Positions 1 to 12,673 of a stretch of DNA of 51,383 nt are shown here, one piece after another; position 1 is the first letter of the stretch; every line of letters starts with the position of its first letter. Position numbers and translations under genes: made by a program. Source of the DNA: Mayamaea pseudoterrestris (taxonomy: Eukaryota); NCBI GenBank assembly GCA_027923505.1, contig BROI01000016.1:682001-733383 (forward strand), in the 5' to 3' direction. The notes under the pieces were generated by a model, which made no database searches, was not told the DNA's origin, and saw nothing but the letters and a program-made list of their open reading frames with translations.

Positions 1-3000
1 TGGACTGCACATCCTGCATCCTTTATGCATGCCTAGCTACCGCAGAGACTCATATTGAAGCCAGCTGACGCATGGCTATGGCTATTGAGTGTGTTTGTAT
101 TTGAACAGCTGGACCCATTGCTGAACCCAACCCCGGTCATTTTACTGGAGAGTTTGAAGGTATACCATTGAATGGATTGCACATCCTGCATCCTTTATGC
201 ATGCCTAGCAACCGCAGAGACTCATATTGAAGCAGGCTGGCACATGGCTATGGCTATTGAGTGTGTTTGTATTTGAGTAGCTGGACCCATGCCAAACCCA
301 ACCCCGGTCATTTTCCTGGAGGAGTTGTAGGTATACCATTGAATGGATTGCACATCCTGCATCCTTTATGCATGCCTAGCAACCGCAGAGACTCATATTG
401 AAGCTGGCTGGCTCATGGCTATGGCTATTGAGTGTGTTTGTATTTGAGTAGCTGAAACCATTGCTGAACCCAACCCCGGTCATTTTCCTGGAGGGTTTGA
501 AGGTATACCATTGAATGGATTGCACATCCTGCATCCTTTATGCATGCCTAGCAACCGCAGAGACTCATATTGAAGCAGGCTGGCTCATGGCTATGGCTAT
601 TGAGTGTGTTTGTATTTGAATAGCTGAAACCATTGCTGAACCCAACCCCGGTCATTTTCCTGGAGGGTTTGAAGGTATACCATTGAATGGATTGCACATC
701 CTGCATCTTTTATGCATGCCTAGCAACCGCAGAGACTCATATTGAAGCAGGCTGGCTCATGGCTATGGCTATTGAGTGTGTTTGTATTTGAGTAGCTGAA
801 ACCATTGCTGAACCCAACCCCGGTCATTTTACTGGAGGGTTTGAAGGTATACCATTGAATGGATTGCACATCCTGCATCCTTTATGCATGCCTAGCAACC
901 GCAGAGACTCATATTGAAGCAGGCTGGCTCATGGCTATGGCTATTGAGTGTGTTTGTATTTGAGTAGCTGAAACCATTGCTGAACCCAACCCCGGTCATT
1001 TTACTGGAGGGTTTGAAGGTATACCATTGAATGGATTGCACATCCTGCATCCTTTATGCATGCCTAGCAACCGCAGAGACTCATATTGAAGCAGGCTGGC
1101 TCATGGCTATGGCTATTGAGTGTGTTTGTATTTGAATAACTGAAACCATTGCTGAACCCAACCCCGGTCATTTTACTGGAGGGTTTGAAGGTATACCATT
1201 GAATGAATTGCACATCCTGCTTTCTTCCTAGCAACCGCAGAGACTCATATTGAAGCTGGCTGCCTCATGGCTATGGCTATTGAGTGTGTTTGTAATCGAA
1301 TAACTGAAACCATTGCAGAACCCAACCCCGGTCATTTTACTGAAGGGTGTGAAGGTATAAAATTGAATGGATTGCACATCCTGCATCCTTTATGCATGCC
1401 TAGCAACCGCAGAGACTCATATTGAAGCAGGCTGGCTCATGGCTATGGCTATTGAGTGTGTTTGTATTTGAATAGCTGAAACCATTGCTGAACCCAACCC
1501 CGGTCATTTTACTGGAGGGTTTGAAGGTATACCATTGAATGGATTGCACATCCTGCATCCTTTATGCATGCCTAGCAACCGCAGAGACTCATATTGAAGC
1601 AGGCTGGCTCATGGCTATGGCTATTGAGTGTGTTTGTATTTGAGTAGCTGAAACCATTGCTGAACCCAACCCCGGTCATTTTACTGGAGGGTTTGTAGGT
1701 ATAAATTTGAATGGATTGCACATCCTACATCCTTTATGCATGCCTAGCAACCGCAGAGACTCATATTGAAGCAGGCTGGCTCATGGCTATGGCTATTGAG
1801 TGTGTTTGTATTTGAATAGCTGAAACCATTGCTGAACCCAACCCCGGTCATTTTACTGGAGGGTTTGAAGGTATACCATTGAATGGATTGCACATCCTGC
1901 ATCCTTTATGCATGCCTAGCAACCGCAGAGACTCATATTGAAGCAGGCTGGCTCATGGCTATGGCTATTGAGTGTGTTTGTATTTGAGTAGCTGAAACCA
2001 TTGCTGAACCCAACCCCGGTCATTTTCCTGGAGAGTTTGAAGGTATAAATTTGAATGGATTGCACATCCTGCATCCTTTATGCATGCCTAGCAACCGCAG
2101 AGACTCATATTGAAGCAGGCTGGCTCATGGCTATGGCTATTGAGTGTGTTTGTATTTGAATAGCTGAAACCATTGCTGAACCCAACCCCGGTCATTTTAC
2201 TGGAGGGTTTGAAGGTATACCATTGAATGGATTGCACATCCTGCATCCTTTATGCATGCCTAGCAACCACAGAGACTCATATTGAAGCAGGCTGGCTCAT
2301 GGCTATGGCTATTGAGTGTGTTTGTATTTGAATAGCTGAAACCATTGCTGAACCCAACCCCGGTCATTTTACTGGAGGGTTTGAAGGTATACCATTGAAT
2401 GGATTGCACATCCTGCATCCTTTATGCATGCCTAGCAACCGCAGAGACTCATATTGAAGCAGGCTGGCTCATGGCTATGGCTATTGAGTGTGTTTGTATT
2501 TGAATAGCTGAAACCATCGCTGAACCCAACCCCGGTCATTTTACTGGAGGGTTTGAAGGTATACCATTGAATGGATTGCACATCCTGCATCCTTTATGCA
2601 TGCCTAGCAACCGCAGAGACTCATATTGAAGCAGGCTGGCTCATGGCTATGGCTATTGAGTGTGTTTGTATTTGAATAGCTGAAACCATTGCTGAACCCA
2701 ACCCCGGTCATTTTACTGGAGGGTTTGAAGGTATACCATGGAATGGATTGCACATCCTGCATCCTTTATGCATGCCTAGCAACCGCAGAGACTCATATTG
2801 AAGCAGGCTGCCTCATGGCTAGGGCTATTGAGTGTGTTTGTATTTGAACAGCTCAACCATTGCTGAACCCAACCCCGGTCATTTTACTGGAGGGTGTGAA
2901 GGTATATCATTGAATGGTTTGCACATCCTGCATCCTTTATGCATGCCTAGCAACCGCAGAGACTCATATTGAAGCAGGCTGGCTCATGGCTATGGCTATT

Positions 3001-6000
3001 GAGTGTGTTTGTATTTGAGTAGCTGGACCCATGCCAAACCCAACCCCGGTCATTTTCCTGGAGGGTCTGTAGGTATAAATTTGAATGGATTGCACATCCT
3101 ACATCTATAGTTCATGCCTAGCAACCGCAGAGACTCATATTGAAGCAGGCTGGCTCATGGCTATGGCTATTGAGTGTGTTTGTATTTGAATAGCTGAAAC
3201 CATTGCTGAACCCAACCCCGGTCATTTTACTGGAGGGTTTGAAGGTATACCATTGAATGGATTGCACATCCTGCATCCTTTATGCATGCCTAGCAACCGC
3301 AGAGACTCATATTGAAGCGGGGTGGCTCATGGCTATGGCTATTGAGTGTGCTTGTATTTGAGTAGCTGGACCCATGGCTGAACCCAACCCCGGTCATTTA
3401 ACTGGAGGGTTTGAAGGTATACCATTGAATGGATTGCACATCCTGCATCTTTTATCCATGCCTAGCAACCGCAGAGACTCATATTGAAGCAGGCTGGCTC
3501 ATGGCTATGGCTTTGTATTTGAATCACTGAAACCATTGCTGAACCCAACCCCGGTCATTTTACTGGAGGGTTTGAAGGTATACCATTGAATGGATTGCAC
3601 ATCCTGCATCCTTTATGCATGCCTAGCAACCGCAGAGACTCATATTGAAGCAGGCTGGCTCATGGCTATGGCTATTGAGTGTGTTTAGATTTGAGTAGCT
3701 TGACCCATGCCAAACCCAACCCCGGTCATTTTATTGGAGGGTTTGAAGGTATACCATTGAATGGATTGCACATCCTGCATCCTTTATGCATGCCTAGCAA
3801 CCGCAGAGACTCATATTGAAGCAGGCTGGCTCATGGCTATGGCTATTGAGTGTGTTTGTATTTGAATAGCTGAAACCATTGCTGAACCCAACCCCGGTCA
3901 TTTTACTGGAGGGTTTGAAGGTATACCATTGAATGGATTGCACATCCTGCATCCTTTATGCATGCCTAGCAACCGCAGAGACTCATATTGAAGCAGGCTG
4001 GCTCATGGCTATGGCTATTGAGTGTGTTTGTATTTGAATAGCTGAAACCATTGCTGAACCCAACCCCGGTCATTTTACTGGAGGGTTTGAAGGTATACCA
4101 TTGAATGGATTGCACATCCTGCATCCTTTATGCATGCCTAGCAACCGCAGAGACTCATATTGAAGCAGGCTGGCTCATGGCTATGGCTATTGAGTGTGTT
4201 TGTATTTGAATAATTGAAACCATTGCTGAACCCAACCCCAGTCACTTTACTGGAGGGTTTGAAGGTATACAAGTGAATGGATTGCACATCCTGCATCCTT
4301 TATGCATGACTAGCAACCGCAGAGACTCATATTGAAGCAGACTGGCTCATGGCTATGGCTATTTAGTGTGTTTGTGTTTGAATAGCTGAAACCATTGCTG
4401 AACCCAACCCCGGTCATTTTACTGCAGGGTTTGAAGGTATACCATTGAATGGACTGCACATCCTGCATCTTTTAACCATGCCTAGCAACCGCAGAGACTC
4501 ATATTGAAGCAGGCTGGCTCATGGCCAGGGCTATTGAGTGTGTTTGTATTTGGACAGCTGGACCCATTGCTGAACCCAACCCCGGTCATTTTACTGGAGA
4601 GTTTGAAGGTATACCATTGAATGGATTGCACATCCTGCATCCTTTGTGCATGCCTAGCAACCACAGAGACTCATATTGAAGCAGGCTGGCTCATGGCTAT
4701 GGCTATTGAGTGTGTTTGTATTTGAATAGCTGAAACCATTGCTGAACCCAACCCCGGTCATTTTACTGGAGGGTTTGAAGGTATACCATTGAATGGATTG
4801 CACATCCTGCATCCTTTATGCATGCCTAGCAACCGCAGAGACTCATATTGAAGCAGGCTGGCTCATGGCTATGGCTATTGAGTGTGTTTGTATTTGAATA
4901 GCTGAAACCATTGCTGAACCCAACCCCGGTCATTTTACTGGAGGGTGTGAAGGTATACCATTGAATGGATTGCACATCCTGCATCCTTTATGCATGCCTA
5001 GCAACCGCAGAGACTCATATTGAAGCAGGCTGGCTCATGGCTATGGCTATTGAGTGTGTTTGTATTTGAATAGCTGAAACCATTGCTGAACCCAACCCCG
5101 GTCATTTTACTGGAGGGTTTGAAGGTATACCATTGAATGGATTGCACATCCTGCATCCTTTATGCATGCCTAGCAACCGCAGAGACTCATATTGAAGCAG
5201 GCTGGCTCATGGCTATGGCTATTGAGTGTGTTTAGATTTGAGTAGCTGGACCCATTGCTGAACCCAACCGCGGTCATTTTACTGGAGGGTGTGAAGGTAT
5301 ACCATTGAATGGATTGCACATCCTGCATCCTTTATGCATGCCTAGCAACCGCAGAGACTCATATTGAAGCAGGCTGGCTCATGGCTATGGCTATTGAGTG
5401 TGTTTGTATTTGAATAGCATGACCCATGCCAAACCCAACCCTGGTCATTTTACTGGAGGGTTTGAAGGTATACCATTGAATGGATTGCACATCCTGCATC
5501 CTTTATGCATGCCTAGCAACCGCAGAGACTCATATTGAAGCTGGCTGGCTCATGGCTATGGCTATTGAGTGTGTTTGTATTTGAGTAGCTGGACCCATGC
5601 TGAACCCAACCCCGGTCATTTTACTGGAGGGTTTGAAGGTATACCATTGAATGGATTGCACATCCTGCATCTTTTAACCATGCCTAGCAACCGCAGAGAC
5701 TCATATTGAAGCAGGCTGGCTCATGGCTATGGCTATTGAGTGTGTTTGTATTTGAACAGCTGCAACCATTGCTGAACCCAACCCCGGTCATTTTACTGGA
5801 GGGGTTGAAGGTATACCATTGAATGGTTTGCACATCCTGCATCCTTTATGCATGCCTAGCAACCGCAGAGACTCATATTGAAGCAGGCTGGCTCATGGCT
5901 ATGGCTATTGAGTGTGTTTGTATTTGAGTAGCTGAAACCATTGCTGAACCCAACCCCGGTCATTTTACTGGAGGGTGTGAAGGTATACCATTGAATGGAT

Positions 6001-9000
6001 TGCACATCCTGCATCCTTTATGCATGCCTAGCCACCGCAGAGACTCATATTGAAACAGGCTGGCTCATGGCTATGGCTATTGAGTGTGTTTGTATTTGAG
6101 TAGCATGACCCATGCCAAACCCAACCCCGGTCATTTTACTGGAGGGTTTGAAGGTATACCATTGAATGGATTGCACATCCTGCATCTATAGTTCATGCCT
6201 AGCAACCGCAGAGACTCATATTGAAGCAGGCTGGCTCATGGCTATGGCTATTGAGTGTGTTTGTATTTGAATAGCTGAAACCATTGCTGAACCCAACCCC
6301 GGTCATTTTACTGGAGGGTTTGAAGGTATACCATTGAATGGATTGCACATCCTGCATCCTTTATGCATGCCTAGCAACCGCAGAGACTCATATTGAAGCA
6401 GGCTGCCTCATGGCTAGGGCTATTGAGTGTGTTTGTATTTGAACAGGTCAACCATTAATGAACCCAACCCCGGTCATTTTACTGGAGGGTGTGAAGGTAT
6501 ATCATTGAATGGTTTGCACATCCTGCATCCTTTATGCATGCCTAGCCACCGCAGAGACGCATATTGAAGCAGGCTGGCTCATGGCTATGGCTATTGAGTG
6601 TGTTTGTATTTGAACAGCTCAACCATTGCTGGACCCAACCCTGGTCATTTTACTGGAGGGTTTGAAGGTATACCATTGAATGGATTGCTGAAGGTATACC
6701 ATTGAATGGATTGCACATCCTGCATCCTTTATGCATGCCTAGCAACCGCAGAGACTCATATTGAAGCAGGCTGCCTCATGGCTAGGGCTATTGAGTGTGT
6801 TTGTATTTGAACAGGTCAACCATTAATGAACCCAACCCCGGTCATTTTACTGGAGGGTGTGAAGGTATATCATTGAATGGTTTGCACATCCTGCATCCTT
6901 TATGCATGCCTAGCCACCGCAGAGACGCATATTGAAGCAGGCTGGCTCATGGCTATGGCTATTGAGTGTGTTTGTATTTGAACAGCTCAACCATTGCTGG
7001 ACCCAACCCTGGTCATTATACTGGAGGGTTTGAAGGTATACCATTGAATGGATTGCACATCCTGCATCCTTTATGCATGCCTAGCAACCGCAGAGACTCA
7101 TATTGAAGCAGGCTGGCTCATGGCTATGGCTTTTGAGTGTGATTGTATTTGAACAGCTCAACCATGCCAAACCCAACCCCGGTCATTTTCCTGGAGGGTC
7201 TGTAGGTATAAATTTGAATGAATTGCACATCCTACATCTATAGTTCATGCCTAGCAACCGCAGAGACGCATATTGAAGCAGGCTGGCTCATGGCTATGGC
7301 TATTGAGTGTGTTTAATTTGAATAGCTGAAACCATTGCTGAACCCAACCCCAAACATTTTACTGGAGGGTGTGAAGGTATACCATTTAATGGATTGCACA
7401 TCCTGCATCCTTTATGCATGCCTAGCACTCGCAGAGACTCATATTGAAGCAGGCTGGCTCATGGCTATGGCTATTGAGTGTGTTGGTATTTGAGTAGCTG
7501 TAACCATTGCTGAACCCATTCCCAGTCATTTTACTGGAGGGTTTGAAGGTATACCATTGAAAGGATTGCACATTCTGGAACTTTAATCAATGCCTAGCAA
7601 CCGCAGAGACTCATATTGAAGCAGGCTGGCTCATGGCTATGGCTTTGAGTGTGTTTGTTTTGGTGCGAACCCACCCCCCCCGGTCTTTTTCTGGAGGGTT
7701 TGAAGGTATACCATGAGTGGTTGCATCCCTCCTTTATGCATGCCTGCCACCGCGAGACTCATATTGAAGCAGGCTGGCTCATGGCTTGGCTTTTGAGTGT
7801 GTTTGTTTTGATTAGCTGCGCCCATGCCGCCCTCCCCGGTCTTTTCCGGGGGTGTGTAGGTTACCTTTGAATGGATTGCACTCCTCTTTATCTGCGCCCG
7901 CGAGACTCTATTGAAGCAGGCTTGGCTCATGGCTATGGCTTTGAGTGTTGACTGCCCCCAAACCCTCTTTTCGGGGGGTGTGGTTACCTGATTGCTTTCC
8001 TTATTGCTTACACCCACCGAGACTTAAAGCTGCTGGCTCATGGCTATGGCTATTGAGTTGTGTTTGTATTTGAGTAGCTGGACCCATTGCTGAACCCAAC
8101 CCCCGGTCATTTTCCTGGAGGGTTTGAAGGTATACCATTGAATGGATTTCTCACCCTGCATCCTTTATCCATGACTAGCAACCGCAGAGACTCATATTGA
8201 AGCAGTCTGGCTCATGGCTATGACTATTGAGTGTGTTTGTATTTGAATAGCTGAAACCATTCTGAACCCAACCCCAGTCATTTTACTGGAGGGTTTGAAG
8301 GTATACATTGAATGATACATCCTGCATCAACTATGCCTAGCAACCGCAAGACTCATAGTGAATCAGGCTAGCTCATGGCTATGGCTATTGAGTGTGTTTG
8401 TATCTGATTAGCTGAGACCAATGCTGAACCCAACCCCGGTCATTTTCCTGGAGGGTTTAAGGTATCACCATTGAATGGATTGCATCATCCTGCATCTTTA
8501 GCATGCCTCAACCGCAATATTGAAGGCTGGCTCATGGCTAGGCTGTTGAGTGTGTTTGTATTTGAGCAGCTGGACCCATTGCTGAACCCAACCCCGGTCA
8601 TTTTCCTGGAGGGTTTGAAGGTATACTTGAATGGATTGCACATCCTGTCATCCTTTATGCATGCCTAGCAACCGCAGAGACCATATTGAAGCAGGCTGGC
8701 TCATGACTATGGCTATTGAGTGTGTTTTTAAATTTGAGTAGCTGAACCCATTGCCGAACCCAACCCCGGTCATTTTCCTGGAGGGTTTGTAGGTATACCA
8801 TGAAATGGAATGCACATCCTGCATCCTTTATGCATGCCTATTAAGCTATGGCATGGCTGCTGAGTGTGTTTGTATTTGAATAGCTAAAACCGATTGCTGA
8901 ACCCAACCCCGGCATTTACCTAGAGCAGAGAAATTGAAGGCTGGCACAGGCTATGCTATTGAGGATATGAGTAGCGCCCCCGTCACTGGGGCATATGCCT

Positions 9001-11780
9001 AGCAACCGCAGAGACTCAGAGTGAAGGAGGCTGGCACATGGCTATGGCTATTGAGGGTGTTTATATTTGAGTAGCTGGACCCATGCCAAACCCGACCCCG
9101 TTCATTTTCCTGGAGGAGTTGTAGGTATACCATTGAAAGGATTGTAGATCCTGCATCCTTTATCATGCCTAGCAACCGCAGAGACTCATATTGAAGCTGG
9201 CTGGCACATGGCTATGGCTATTGAGTGTGTTTGTATTTGAATAGCTGAAACCATTGCTGAACCCAACCCCGGTCATTTTACTGGAGGGTTTGAAGGTATA
9301 CCATTGAATGGATTGCACATCCTGCATCCTTTATGCATGCCTAGCAACCGCAGAGACTCATATTAAAGCTGGCTGGCTCATGGCTATGGCTATTGAGTGT
9401 GTTTGTGTTGGAGTAGCTGGACCCATTGCCGAACCCAACCCGGTCATTTTACTGGAGGGTTTGAAGGTTCCATTGTGGTTCACATCCTGCATCTTTTATC
9501 CATGCCCAGCAGCCGCAGAGACTCATATTGAAGGCTGGCTCATGGCTATGGCTATTGAGTGTGTTTGTGTTTGCGTAGCTGAAACCACCGCTGAACCCAA
9601 CCCGGTCATTTTACTGGAGGTGTGAGGGTATACCATTGAATGGATTGCAGATCCTGCATCATTAATCCATGCCTAGCTACCGCTGAGATTCAGATTGGAG
9701 ATGGCTGGCACATGGCTATGGCTATTAAGTGTGTTTGTATTTGAATAGCTGGACCCATTGCTGAACCCAACCCCAGTCATTTTACTGGAGGGTTTGAAGG
9801 TATACCATTGAATGTATTGCACATCCTGCATCGTTTATGCATGCCTTGCAACCGCAGAGACTCATATTGAAGCAGGCTGGCTCATGGCTAGGGCTGTTGA
9901 TTGTGTTTGTATTTAAATAGCTGAAACCATGGCTGAACCCAACCCTGGTCATTTAACTGAAGGGTTTGAAGGTATACCATTGAATGGAATGCACATCCTA
10001 GATCTGTAATCCATGCCTAGCAACCGCAGAGACTCATATTGAAGCGGGGTGGCTCATGGCTATGGCTATTGAGTGTGCTTGTATTTGAGTAGCTGGACCC
10101 ATGGCTGAACCCAACCCCGGTCATTTTACTGGAGGGTTTAAAGGTATATTAAACATTGGATTGCACATCCTGCATCGTTTTTGCATGCCTTGCAACCGCA
10201 GAGACTCATATTGAAGCAGGCTGGCTCATGGCTATGGCTATTGAGTGTGTTTGAATAGCTGAAACCCATGTCATGCCTGCCAGCCACCACCAAACCCCAC
10301 CCAACCCCGGTCATTTTACTGGAGAGTTTGAAGGAATGCCATTGAATGGATTGCATATCCTGCATCTTTAATCCATGCCTAGCAACCGCAGCGACTCATA
10401 TTGTAGCAGGCTGGCACATGGCTATGGCTATTGAGTGTGTTTATATTTGAGTAGCTGGACCCATTTCTGAACCCAACCCTGGTCATTTTACTGGAGGGTT
10501 TGTAGGCATACCATTGAATGGATTGCACATCTTGCATCCTTTATGCATGTCTAGCAACCACCGAGACTCATAATGAAGCTGGCTGGCCCATGTCTATGGC
10601 TATTGAGTGTTTTGAATAGCTGAAACCATTGCAACCCAACCCCGGTCATTTTCCTGAGAGGTTTGAGGTATACCGTTGAATGGATTGCACATCCTGCATC
10701 CTTTATGCACATGCCTAGCAACCGCAGAGACTCAGATTGAAGCTGGCTGGCTCATGGCTATGGCTATTGGGGTTGTTGGACCCGAAACCCATTTGAACGT
10801 TTTTCCTGGGGGTTTGTGTTCCTGTGCTGCAGAGACTCATATGAAGCATCTTGCGTCTTGCATGCGCCCCAGACTATTGTACGGGCTGGCTCGTGGCTGT
10901 GGCGGGTGTGTTTGTTTTGAATAGCTGATAGCCGCTGAAACCCAACCCCGGTCCTTTTACGGAGGGTGTGGGTATACCGTTGAAGGATTGCACATCCTGC
11001 ATCCTTTATCTGCCTATGCAACCGCAGCGACTCGTATTGGAGCGGGCTGGCCCGTGGCTGTACTGGTGGTCCAAATCAACCTTGGTCTTTTCGGATCTGT
11101 GGTGTAAATGAATGGCCATCCTGCTCTTCGCTGCTGCAACACGGCTCATATTGAAGCAGGCCTGGCTCATGGCTATGGCTTTGAGTGTGTTTGTATTTGA
11201 GATAGCGGAACCCATGGCTGAACCAACCCCGTCTTACTGGAGGTTTGAGGGTATACCATTAGTGGATTGCCACCTTCATCCTTTATACGCCCCGCAGCCG
11301 CAGAGGCTCATATTGAAGCAGGCTGGCTCATGGCTATGGCTTTTGAGTGTGTTTTATTTGCCCCCGGTCATTTTCTGGAGGGTGTGAAGGTATACCATTG
11401 AATGGTTGCACATGCCTCTTTAATATCCTTTTTGTGAACCGCAGAGACCCATATTGACAGGCTGGCTCAGGCTGTGGCTGTGAGTGGGTTTGTTGATAGC
11501 TGGAGCATGTTGCTGACCTCTTTGAAGAGAAAGGTATCGAATGCTCTCCCGCCTTTATTTGTTATGGTGGGTTCTGCTGGTGTGGCTTTTGTCACGGAAC
11601 CTTTCCGCCTGTCATTTGGTCGTTGTTGGATGCGCCCCCATCCTTGGGCTTGTTGAGCAGGCTGGCTCCTGGCTCGCTTTTGGTCTGTTCGATTTGTGCC
11701 CCCCAATTCGTCTGTTAGGTATTTGCCCGCATCCCGCCTCTCTGGGGGTTGCGGCTGTTCTTGGTGTGTTTGTTTGAGAA
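1..11780. repeat. Satellite A: tandem array of a 172-bp monomer (about 68 copies, open at the left window edge)
   Basis: TGGA(T/C)TGCACATCC recurs at 1, 173, 344, 516 and 688 (period 171-172). Monomers are highly similar up to ~7600 and increasingly degenerate from ~7640 to ~11780. Confidence 0.98.
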
Positions 11781-11849
11781 ATGCGCAACTAGTAGGCACC
11801 CTCCTCCTAGCAGCCCGCCACTAGGAAGACTCTAAGCTGCCAATGCCTG

Positions 11850-12330
11850 CTAGCGAGATAACGGCTATTGTTGATGGAGTGATCGGAGAGTCGGTCCTGC
11901 CTATTGTCCCCTGGAATGTGATTTGCCTGGATGCGGAGAGCAAGCGGTTGGTAATCGTGATGGCATGGAAAAATGCAAGTCTCCGCACTTCTGGTTTTTA
12001 CAGCGGGCCGCGTCGCATCCAGGAAAGCGCCAGGTGTTGTCTGACAATACGTTGAGAATGTGTTGTCGATCGCGAATGGCTGGTGTGTGGCAGATGGCAC
12101 CCAAAGACAGCACCACGTTAATGACAATGGCAACAAACTCCAAAATATTGATGTGGTATTCGTCCGTGACGAGTGGTCTCGGAAGGCTTGGATTGAACTG
12201 CGCATTTTGAATTTGCAGGTAGCCAAGTCCTCGTCATTCAAGCGCCACATAAAGAGCAAGGTGAGATTCCATCCCCGACTCCTCGTGCTGGCACACTCCG
12301 CATGGAGTTATTTGGCTCCCGGTCAACCAT
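11850..12330 (-). pseudogene. RNase H domain of the DIRS-like element, frameshifted
   Basis: Motifs spread over different frames: INILEFVAI, ILNVLSDNT and IQANHIPG..DRLS match the HINxLE / SDN / HIPGxxNxxADxLSR pattern. Confidence 0.7.
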
Positions 12331-12673
12331 GAGGCCAATAGGTTTGTGCCACACGTGTCGCTAGGCTGGATTGTTCAAAGTAGGATACAGCATGCGCAAG
12401 TCATCTAAGACTTCCTTTGAGAGCGCAATCCACTTTGCGCCACCAAGCCTTAGGGTGAAGTGCGTCAGCTACACGCATGCTGTATCGTTCGGGTCGCATT
12501 GAAAGAGACTGTTGGACTCGAATGGAAAGAAAATCTGCCAGGTTGCCACAAAGGCCCGTGTCGCATCAAAACCAACAATGGAGGATTTATCGGCGGCCGT
12601 AGATACCTTAAAGTTTGACCAAACCTCCAACATGGGAGCTCCAACTCGTTGTTTTGCCTCTGGCCCACCACCG

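Noticed and set aside
1..7600. Primate alpha satellite, or a 5S/tRNA gene array
   Set aside because: The length is similar, but I see no alphoid sequence, CENP-B box or RNA-gene structure.
4482..11799. Short ORFs within satellite A
   Set aside because: They are translations of the repeat monomer that open by chance where stops have mutated.
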